This document shows, piece by piece, positions 1 through 7,077 of a DNA stretch of 31,149 nucleotides. The notes under the pieces were generated by a model that saw only the letters and a list, made by a program, of their open reading frames with translations, had not been told where the DNA came from and ran no database searches. Source of the stretch: a virus; UHGV virus genome UHGV-0093339; one strand, written 5' to 3'. Within the stretch, counting starts at the first letter, position 1, and each line of letters starts with the position of its first letter. The position numbers were made by a program, and so were the translations under genes.

Positions 1-29
1 GCGCTCCGGATGAATATGATGATCTCATA

Positions 30-209
30 TCAGGAACTTGTTCGCACCTTCCCTATCACCTGTGTACGATTAATCGTTATCTCCCCATCTTCGGTCTTTA
101 TCGTTTTGTTATGATTAACGACCGTACGATCAGAGATCTTAGTCTTGTTCTGGTTGATAACGTAAATAATCACCGCAACCACACCAACAACTATCCAGAA
201 AACTTCCAT
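30..209 (-). CDS. hypothetical small membrane protein (59 aa)
   Basis: Read by hand on the minus strand: ATG at 209-207 with GAGG about 8 nt upstream, stop TGA at 32-30; N-terminus MEVFWIVVGVVAVIIYVI is a probable TM helix; below the ORF-track length cutoff; dyad at 230-244 lies just upstream. Confidence 0.4.
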   Translation of the reverse strand: MEVFWIVVGVVAVIIYVINQNKTKISDRTVVNHNKTIKTEDGEITINRTQVIGKVRTSS

Positions 210-229
210 TGCTTTTCCTCACAATAACA

Positions 230-244
230 TTACCTTAAAGGTAA
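230..244. promoter_or_regulatory. operator-like dyad TTACCTTAAAGGTAA
   Basis: Perfect 15-bp palindrome of the TTACC-N5-GGTAA class, about 20 nt upstream of the start of the minus-strand small gene. Confidence 0.45.
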
Positions 245-293
245 TATCTTGCTTTCAGGTGATCAAGCGTTAAACGCAATCAACCAAATACGG

Positions 294-337
294 TTGATTT
301 TAATGTTTCTTCGCGCTTATCATTACCTTTACGGTAA
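294..337 (+). promoter_or_regulatory. candidate promoter (TTGATT -35 at 294-299, TATCAT-like -10 about 318-323) with overlapping dyad TTACCTTTACGGTAA at 323-337
   Basis: Sigma70-like hexamers with about 18-nt spacer read by eye; perfect TTACC-N5-GGTAA dyad immediately downstream of the -10. Confidence 0.35.
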
Positions 338-430
338 ATTTACATCGCACTCCTCTTGTGCCATAGTAATCGGGCACTGGCAAAATCCAGTGCCGGGATT
401 GGCGTCCCGGATTACTACAGAGGCACATAT

Positions 431-451
431 GCCGCATAAGCGGTTTTTTTA
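431..451 (+). terminator. putative intrinsic terminator in the antirepressor leader
   Basis: Short GC stem (ccgc/gcgg, loop ataa) followed by a run of seven T; preceded by nested dyad symmetry at 365-416. Confidence 0.4.
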
Positions 452-603
452 TGTGTAAAGCGCACCTATTCTATGGTGGGCTGTGTGGGGGCACCGAAAG
501 GTGCGCCGGGTCCTTTGTAGCCGGTTACGCCAACCCTGCACAGTTCACCACCAACCGATTGGCGTCGGTAGTGGTGATTAACCTAACTACAAAGGTGATC
601 ACT

Positions 604-1290
604 ATGACTGCTAACGTAACCCCATCTGTTTTTCATTTTGAATCAGAAGCAACCATTCGAGCCATTGTTATTGATGGAAATCCTTGGTTTGTTGCCAAAG
701 ACGTTATTAAAGCTCTTCAACTGACAAACCCCACTATGTCAATAAAATCTCTTGATGATGATGAAAGGGCTAAATTTAACTTAGGCCGTCAAGGCGAAAC
801 CAATATTATCAACGAGTCAGGCCTCTACACACTGATCCTCCGCTGCCGCGATGCGGTGACACCAGGCACTATCCCATACCGCTTTCGTAAATGGGTTACA
901 GGTGAGGTTCTTCCTCAGATCCGCCGCACCGGAAGTTACATTAAAAACTCGCTCCCGCAAGAAGAACGCATAAAGATGGTTGCCGACCAGGTAGCCAACG
1001 CCACGGCGTCAGCAGTGATGCAGGCAATGAAGATAGAGAACAAAACCTACAGCGCCCCACTGAAGCCCGGCTACCGTAGCCTGATTCATTCGCCGTCTGG
1101 TGTTCTCGGCCTGACGGAGAACTCACTGCTGATGAATCTGCTGAACCAGTTACAGGACGACGGGCACGACGTATCGGGAGCGGCGGCGGAGCTGACCACC
1201 ATGTTCTGCTACATCGTTGGTGTGAGCAAATGCCTGCGTGATATCCAGACCCACGCGGAGTACATCAACGACAAAGCAGGGTTCTTCTGA
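604..1290 (+). CDS. Bro-N domain protein, antirepressor-like
   Basis: ORF-track 451..1290, start trimmed to the ATG at 604 preceded by AAGGTGA; N-terminal segment FESEATIRAIVIDGNPWFVAKDVIKALQL matches the Bro-N pattern as I recall it. Confidence 0.7.
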   Translation: MTANVTPSVFHFESEATIRAIVIDGNPWFVAKDVIKALQLTNPTMSIKSLDDDERAKFNLGRQGETNIINESGLYTLILRCRDAVTPGTIPYRFRKWVTGEVLPQIRRTGSYIKNSLPQEERIKMVADQVANATASAVMQAMKIENKTYSAPLKPGYRSLIHSPSGVLGLTENSLLMNLLNQLQDDGHDVSGAAAELTTMFCYIVGVSKCLRDIQTHAEYINDKAGFF

Positions 1291-1356
1291 CGGGCGGCGG
1301 CACAGGGATGTGCCTTTAAAATAATCATTGGCGATGTGATGTAGATTCGCGTAATA

Positions 1357-1371
1357 TTACCTTAAAGGTAA
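1357..1371. promoter_or_regulatory. operator-like dyad TTACCTTAAAGGTAA abutting the RBS of the 1384 ORF
   Basis: Identical 15-mer to the site at 230-244; immediately followed by AGGAGG and the ATG at 1384. Confidence 0.45.
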
Positions 1372-1383
1372 AGGAGGCGCGAT

Positions 1384-1551
1384 ATGACAGCGTTGAAAAA
1401 TCGTACTCAGCACAATGAACAAGCCAAGCAATGCTGGGATGTCATTGGAAAAGTTATGCTTGGTCGCGCAAGCAAAGAGCGCGACAAGGATATGGTTTAC
1501 CAGACAGGAACATCTTTTAGCGACTTCAAGGCGGCATTTCGCTCCAAATAG
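1384..1551 (+). CDS. hypothetical small protein (55 aa)
   Basis: Read by hand: AAAGGAGG RBS 6 nt upstream of ATG 1384, stop TAG 1549-1551; translation MTALKNRTQHNEQAKQCWDVIGKVMLGRASKERDKDMVYQTGTSFSDFKAAFRSK; not in ORF track (short). Confidence 0.5.
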   Translation: MTALKNRTQHNEQAKQCWDVIGKVMLGRASKERDKDMVYQTGTSFSDFKAAFRSK

Positions 1552-1571
1552 AAGCACATCAGGAGTTTTCC

Positions 1572-2015
1572 TTGAAGTTTAACATTAGAATATCTAATAG
1601 TTTTCTACATGGGGAAAGCAACACCCCTTTCGCTGTAGACGGACCTTTCCTTACTGATGATGAAATAAAAATCATACAAAGGTTTTTAGAGGATGTTGCC
1701 AATGGAAGGGCGCTTGTTGGAAAAAACAAGCCCTCGTGGGTTGATGATAACCATGATAAAATTCCCGGCTCAGACAATTATGAGCAAGAGAATTATTGGC
1801 ATTATCATTGTGGGCCAACATGGTATCCAAACACATTTAAGAATTATACCATTAACTTAAATTTCAACCCTGGCGGAATGCATTCTAATGAATGCATTCA
1901 TTATGCAAAAAATGATAATGAAATTGTCATTGTTGGATTTTCAAGAGAACACATACCTTTCCTTTCATCAGATGGAAACAACAATCCGCTTTTTAATGAT
2001 GAAGAAGAAGAATAA
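1572..2015 (+). CDS. hypothetical protein (147 aa), AT-rich moron gene
   Basis: ORF-track 1572..2015 with TTG start 7 nt after AGGAG; markedly AT-rich codon usage compared with neighbours (by eye); acidic EEEE tail; terminator directly downstream; no family recognised. Confidence 0.6.
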   Translation: MKFNIRISNSFLHGESNTPFAVDGPFLTDDEIKIIQRFLEDVANGRALVGKNKPSWVDDNHDKIPGSDNYEQENYWHYHCGPTWYPNTFKNYTINLNFNPGGMHSNECIHYAKNDNEIVIVGFSREHIPFLSSDGNNNPLFNDEEEE

Positions 2016-2037
2016 GCCCGCGCTGCGGGATTTTTTG
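2016..2037 (+). terminator. intrinsic terminator after the AT-rich gene
   Basis: cccgc-gct-gcggg hairpin followed by TTTTTT, directly after the stop at 2013-2015. Confidence 0.6.
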
Positions 2038-2108
2038 TGGACGAAACAAAAGTCAGTGCTACACTCATTGACGCCACATTGAGGTGGCTTATAGATGGAA
2101 ATTTCACA

Positions 2109-2270
2109 ATGAAAAAAGCATTTGCTGCACTGTTCGTTTTGTTGTCTCTGGTAGCTTCAACTCAGGCCTTTGCCGGTCGTTGTCAGCACGACAGCGATAC
2201 TGCCGCTGACGGCTCCCGCTGCGGTGGGCGTTCTGCGGATTCCCGCCCGGGAGGCGGTGGCATTCGTTAA
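2109..2270 (+). CDS. hypothetical small secreted protein (53 aa) with signal peptide
   Basis: Internal ATG of ORF-track 2037..2270 (the listed start is a GTG inside the terminator); MKKAFAALFVLLSLVASTQAFA looks like a Sec signal peptide with an AFA cleavage site; Gly/Arg/Asp-rich mature part. Confidence 0.45.
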   Translation: MKKAFAALFVLLSLVASTQAFAGRCQHDSDTAADGSRCGGRSADSRPGGGGIR

Positions 2271-2301
2271 AAACAAGGCCGCGAAAGCGGCCTGTGACAT
2301 G

Positions 2302-2598
2302 TCACGTTCCTTTTCTGAATGCTAGCCATTCGAAAAATGATGACATTCCACCGCAGACAATAGCAAAGATGATCCCACCAAAGAAGAGAAGGCCAGCCTG
2401 CCACCACTCCCACCGCCATACATCCACAGCGCCAACCATACCAACAATCGCTCCAACAAATGGAATATAGCTCACGATGAAAGCAATGGGGGCTGCAATT
2501 ATCCAGTGCAATCCCCACCATGATTCAAGCCCAGCCATAATTGCTGCCAACTGAAAAAGACCAACGACGATATAAACAATGAATCCTATAGCTTGCAT
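2302..2598 (-). CDS. hypothetical integral membrane protein (98 aa)
   Basis: ORF-track 2302..2751 trimmed to the ATG at 2598 with AGGTGA 5 nt upstream; several hydrophobic helices and W-rich loops; last gene of the leftward virion operon. Confidence 0.55.
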   Translation of the reverse strand: MQAIGFIVYIVVGLFQLAAIMAGLESWWGLHWIIAAPIAFIVSYIPFVGAIVGMVGAVDVWRWEWWQAGLLFFGGIIFAIVCGGMSSFFEWLAFRKGT

Positions 2599-2794
2599 GT
2601 AGTCACCTAATTTACCCAGTAAAAATAAGAGGCCTCCCCTCAATAAGGCTTGCAACAAGAACGACTCCCTGCACAACAAAGATGAACCAGCAAATAGCTT
2701 GAGTCTGAGGGTTAAGAAAATATTTGTAGCGGTCAATAAATAACAATCCACCAGAAATTATCACACTCAAAATAATTAAAAACACAACACTTCC

Positions 2795-5269
2795 TTATTG
2801 CGGAGTGACATCCTGTGGTCGCCACCAGTATGTCTGGTTAAACTCTTTCTTCGAACGTTGCTCCATTTTACGCAAATAACCTGGTGAAAAATACTCCTGC
2901 ATCTGGTTAAAGATCATGTGATCGAGAGCCGCCTTTAAGTACCAGAGATTCGCACCTGGCATCAGACCTTTCCCCAGCTTAACCAGATCACCACCAGTCT
3001 GCTCATTCTTCCCTTCCACAGCATTTAACGGTATGCCCTGAGCAATCTTCACTACGTCATCAACCAGACCAGCTACCGGGCCAAGCATCGACGCCAGCGC
3101 GCCGCTTCCGTACCTAGTGTGATCTGACAATAAAAAGTCACCGTAAAGGCCAAGACCACCACCTTTCAGTAGAGCACCAAGCCAAAATTTAGCAGCATCT
3201 TCTCCTGTCATCTCGCGAGGATTACGACCAGACGCAAGGTCGTTAAGTTGCTGCGACAAAGCGCCAAGAATGGTCGTACTGGCAATAAACGTCGCAATAT
3301 ATGCCGCACGCCCACCAGCAGACGGCATACCCATAGCGCGTGACCAGTGACGCATAACCACCGAGATAGGGAACGATTTAAACAGGAAAACACTTCTCGT
3401 TAATTCACCTTTCCATGTTCCACGCTGAATACCAGAACCGGTTATCAGTTGCTCACGTGCTCCCGGTGTAATAACAGCCATATCAACTTCTTCAGTTACG
3501 GCACCGAGCAGTTTACGCATTGCCTCAAATTTCACGCGTTCAGGCTCACCAAGATGTTTAACTGCTGAATCAGGGATACGCATAATGCTTTCCGGTGTCA
3601 GCATCGTATTATTGCCGTTCCCCCAGTCCTCCTGTTGCGCCAGCTTCCATACGCTCCAGTCTGTGTCAGTAATCCCTTTGCTTTTCAGGATACGAAAATC
3701 AGAATCATCGAGGCTACGAAGGTCTGGTGTCCGTGACACTACTTCTCCCAGGCTTCCCATCATGGTTACGCCATAGGCGCGCTTGTGCGCATCTGACCAT
3801 GCTGTAAGCCCACTGGCACGCATCACCGCCGTTGCAGCCCAACGAGACACAGACGGCCCCATATTATCCATCGCCCAGCGGTTAACGCTGCCAAGTAGAG
3901 ATTCCATCGCCAGACCAGCGCGGCGCGCCCGCGCAAGTTCTGTACGGTTCGTTGGGTCCATAGCTTCAAGCTGGTTGCGGAATAACTGGTTCATTGGAAG
4001 GTTGGTAACCTTCGCAGACAGATACATGGTTCCAAGATCAGAGAACGATGACAGCAACGCGGATCCGAGTCTGCTGGCAACCAGCCAGTTGCGGATATTG
4101 TCAGACCATCGCGCGATGTGCGGATTCGCTACAGGCTGTGTCTTTCCGGAAATAAAGTTGTACAGATTCTCTGTGTTGTTCGCCAGCCGCTCGACTTTAC
4201 CGGTTTTACTCGGGTTAGCTGTTGCCGTTTCTGCCTTCACCTGATCAAGAAGAGAGCGGAAAACATGATCGGGGTTTGGGCCATATGTTTCCACCAATGC
4301 AATATCTTTACTGATACCTTCAAGGTGACCGACCATGATTTCCCATAGAGAGCGATCGCCATAAAGTTGCTGATATTGCAGATAGGAATCTGCATCTTTG
4401 AAATGTATCTGTCGTGATGCATTACCACGGTTAGCACGTGCGCCGGAAATTCGCATTCCGGTATCAGTAAGCTTATTCAGCCCACCAGTAGCGATCGTGT
4501 TATAAGCCTCTCCAAGAAATGCAGACAACTCGGCATCGTTCATCAGTTGTCCATCGGCTAGGGTATAATATTTGCGATCCAGCTTACCTATAACATCGCT
4601 AACCCATTTATCTTTTGATACCGCCCCAACCTTTTCCATAGAATGATGTTGAGGGATCCCCCAGTTTTCGAGATAGCCAGTGTCCCCACCAGCATCATTA
4701 AACCGGCGGCGCAGCAGCTCTGTAACTTCTCTCCACGCCTTAGCACCTTTTCTTGCTTTAGCATTGCCAGTATTTTGCCCCCGCATTTCATATACCAGGT
4801 CACGTACGCCCGCTTCATCTTCAAACAGACCAAAAAAGCGAGGATCAACTGCTTCGAATGCCTCCTGCAATTGACTCAATGCATAATCACGGGTGGCTTT
4901 TGTTCTGGATTCAACAGAGAGGAAATTCGATTTACCGTCTGCATTAAAAGCAATAGTACGGTTAAGAGCGCCAAGTTTCCCATCAGCCCCTTGATAGCTA
5001 TTGATAAATTTATCCAATCTCTGACGTGCGGCTATAGTGAGGGCCACACGACGTTTCTTTAATGCCGCTTCTCGCTGTAATTCTTCAGATGCCAATTGTG
5101 CTGCACGATACAACCGTTCTGATTCGGAAAGTTGTCGCCACGACATCGGGTCATCACGAGCAATGGAGCGCATATTTCGATAAATGCGGTCTTCAATGTT
5201 CTGTATTTCTCGCGCCGTTAACGTGCGCTGCGCCGCCTGCTGGACCGCTTGTATACATTCCTGTCTCAT
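2795..5269 (-). CDS. virion internal/ejection-type protein (824 aa), putative
   Basis: Long ORF with GAGAGG RBS; position after the other large virion genes in a T7-like order; assignment by position and size only. Confidence 0.5.
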   Translation of the reverse strand: MRQECIQAVQQAAQRTLTAREIQNIEDRIYRNMRSIARDDPMSWRQLSESERLYRAAQLASEELQREAALKKRRVALTIAARQRLDKFINSYQGADGKLGALNRTIAFNADGKSNFLSVESRTKATRDYALSQLQEAFEAVDPRFFGLFEDEAGVRDLVYEMRGQNTGNAKARKGAKAWREVTELLRRRFNDAGGDTGYLENWGIPQHHSMEKVGAVSKDKWVSDVIGKLDRKYYTLADGQLMNDAELSAFLGEAYNTIATGGLNKLTDTGMRISGARANRGNASRQIHFKDADSYLQYQQLYGDRSLWEIMVGHLEGISKDIALVETYGPNPDHVFRSLLDQVKAETATANPSKTGKVERLANNTENLYNFISGKTQPVANPHIARWSDNIRNWLVASRLGSALLSSFSDLGTMYLSAKVTNLPMNQLFRNQLEAMDPTNRTELARARRAGLAMESLLGSVNRWAMDNMGPSVSRWAATAVMRASGLTAWSDAHKRAYGVTMMGSLGEVVSRTPDLRSLDDSDFRILKSKGITDTDWSVWKLAQQEDWGNGNNTMLTPESIMRIPDSAVKHLGEPERVKFEAMRKLLGAVTEEVDMAVITPGAREQLITGSGIQRGTWKGELTRSVFLFKSFPISVVMRHWSRAMGMPSAGGRAAYIATFIASTTILGALSQQLNDLASGRNPREMTGEDAAKFWLGALLKGGGLGLYGDFLLSDHTRYGSGALASMLGPVAGLVDDVVKIAQGIPLNAVEGKNEQTGGDLVKLGKGLMPGANLWYLKAALDHMIFNQMQEYFSPGYLRKMEQRSKKEFNQTYWWRPQDVTPQ

Positions 5270-5274
5270 TTAAT

Positions 5275-7077
5275 TTAACCTCTCAAGAAACACGCCACAG
5301 CAACATCAAACAGGCTGGAATCCTGTATTGCCTGCTCACTTTCCCTGTTCGCTTCATCCAGTACTTCACGCGCACTGCGCGATTGTGGATTACCATCATC
5401 ATCCAGCACGGTGATTATCATGTCAGGTGATTCAAGCAGCGAGTCTTCAGCTATGCGCAGATCAATATCTCCTGCCTGATCTGACATCATTTTTTGTTCT
5501 GCCTGTTGCAATATTTTATCAGGCTCAAAAGGAGCTACTTCGTCTGGCGTCCTGACCTCTGCTGTTTTATAGAATGAAACAGCCTGAGCATTAAGTTCAC
5601 TTTCTGCCTGCTGTCTCCGAGCCAGTTCTGCTCGAGCTTCAAAAAACTGACCGCCAGGCTCGTGCGGTGCCAACGCGTTACGGGAAAATTCCAGGCGTTC
5701 TTGTGCCTGCCGGATTCGTTGATCAATATCGCGAAGTCTGGCCTGTTTATCTGATCGAGCACGAGACAAAGCTTTACCGCTACCGGTTGGCTCTTCTGCA
5801 AGAATTTGTGCACGCTGTTCAGTGAGATTTTCAATAATTCGTTGGCTATTAGCGATTTCAGACTGGTAAACCTGTCTATCTCCACGCGGCAAAAGCTGCG
5901 CGGCCTGTTCTTCAAGCAACCGATTTTCTATAGCGCGCGCCGTTACTCCATCATCTACAGATGACAGAGCCTCATTAACTGCCTGAGACAGCAGACTCTT
6001 GCGCCCAGGAATTTCACTGAAAGATGCAGACTCAACAATGCTGGCAACGTCTACAGGTCTCCCCTGGCTAACATCAGACATAGCTTTTCGCAGAGCCTGA
6101 ATGTGAGAATTGCGCGAAAGCACGTTGATCGGCACGCCGGGCGCAATATCAATTTCAGCATGATGAGCGGCATTCGCCGCCAGTGCAGCATCGATATCAA
6201 CTGGTGAAAAATTTGGTGCGTTTGTAGACTCGCCGCGAGAGTTAATAAATCTGCCGACACCACCAAACGCCACCCCAAGAACAGCATCAATAGCAATTGC
6301 CTGTCGATCCAACACATCATACTGGTTAGCCATTTCGCTATAGCCACCATCACGAAGTGTTTTTGCAGTAAGCCCACGCTGTGCCATACCGAACGCAATA
6401 TTTGTACCTGCGGCATAGGCAATATCTGGCGTTGCACGTACTGCTGTTGCTGCGGCGCGTCGCACTGAACTCTCACCCGTCCGCGCAAGCTGAGCCGCCA
6501 CACCTTCCGCCAGCGCACCACCAGCACGTAACCCGAGGCTCATAGGGATCAGCGTTCCGGCACCAGCAGTAATGCCCTGCACTAATCCCGCTTCCTGCGC
6601 CGTCCTGAAATCAACACCCTGTGCTGTCAGCCGTTCAAACTCAGAAAAACCCTGTAGCGAAGTTACCGCCGCTGCACCTCCGGCAGGACCACCGAGCGTT
6701 GTACCGACAACAGCCTGCCCGCCCATATCGAACAACCCATAAAGAACCTGCCCAGCGGTTCCGGTTGTCGCGGCATCAGGCGTCAGCCGCTTAACCTGCT
6801 GCTCTGCTAGTTTTCTCTGCTCGGCAATGTATGAAACTGAAGTATCATTGAGCGAGGTGTTTTCGTTAACAAACTGAGCAATCGGGGATACGATTTTATC
6901 CATCCCTGCCCATAGCAACTGATCTGGCTTTGCCACCAGCCCGGAGTACAAACCAGACAATGCCGCTCCTACAGCATTGTCGAAAAAACCAACATCGCTG
7001 TTAAAGCCAGCTGGATTTGATGCTGCTTCGTCAAGCTGCTGATTCTGGTTTACTGGATTAAGGCCAAAGTAACTCAT
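5275..7077 (-). CDS. virion internal/ejection-type protein (600 aa), putative
   Basis: ORF-track; start ATG overlaps the upstream stop (ATGA); Ala/Gly-rich with coiled-coil-like C-terminal part. Confidence 0.5.
   Translation of the reverse strand: MSYFGLNPVNQNQQLDEAASNPAGFNSDVGFFDNAVGAALSGLYSGLVAKPDQLLWAGMDKIVSPIAQFVNENTSLNDTSVSYIAEQRKLAEQQVKRLTPDAATTGTAGQVLYGLFDMGGQAVVGTTLGGPAGGAAAVTSLQGFSEFERLTAQGVDFRTAQEAGLVQGITAGAGTLIPMSLGLRAGGALAEGVAAQLARTGESSVRRAAATAVRATPDIAYAAGTNIAFGMAQRGLTAKTLRDGGYSEMANQYDVLDRQAIAIDAVLGVAFGGVGRFINSRGESTNAPNFSPVDIDAALAANAAHHAEIDIAPGVPINVLSRNSHIQALRKAMSDVSQGRPVDVASIVESASFSEIPGRKSLLSQAVNEALSSVDDGVTARAIENRLLEEQAAQLLPRGDRQVYQSEIANSQRIIENLTEQRAQILAEEPTGSGKALSRARSDKQARLRDIDQRIRQAQERLEFSRNALAPHEPGGQFFEARAELARRQQAESELNAQAVSFYKTAEVRTPDEVAPFEPDKILQQAEQKMMSDQAGDIDLRIAEDSLLESPDMIITVLDDDGNPQSRSAREVLDEANRESEQAIQDSSLFDVAVACFLRG

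Noticed and set aside
249-458. ORF-track 69-aa ORF inside the antirepressor leader
   Set aside because: Starts with a non-ATG codon, has no RBS, and spans the hairpins and terminator; more likely structured non-coding leader than a protein
1-603. Looked for a LexA box (CTGT-N8-ACAG) upstream of the Bro-N antirepressor gene
   Set aside because: CTGT occurs at 58 and 481 and ACAG at 416, but none with the correct 8-bp spacing and partner half-site; no SOS box is supportable by eye
2037-2108. N-terminal extension of the small secreted protein ORF (ORF-track start at 2037)
   Set aside because: The 2037 start is a GTG inside the T-run of the upstream terminator with no RBS; the ATG at 2109, which opens a signal peptide, is the credible start
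3783-4244. Plus-strand ORFs of 150-230 aa embedded antisense in the large virion genes (for example 3783-4244, 6051-6527 on the minus strand in another frame, 8916-9533, 12624-13313, 18336-18809, 18577-19083)
   Set aside because: All lie wholly inside longer, better-supported ORFs on the opposite strand or in another frame, with no RBS and low-complexity translations; treated as shadow ORFs
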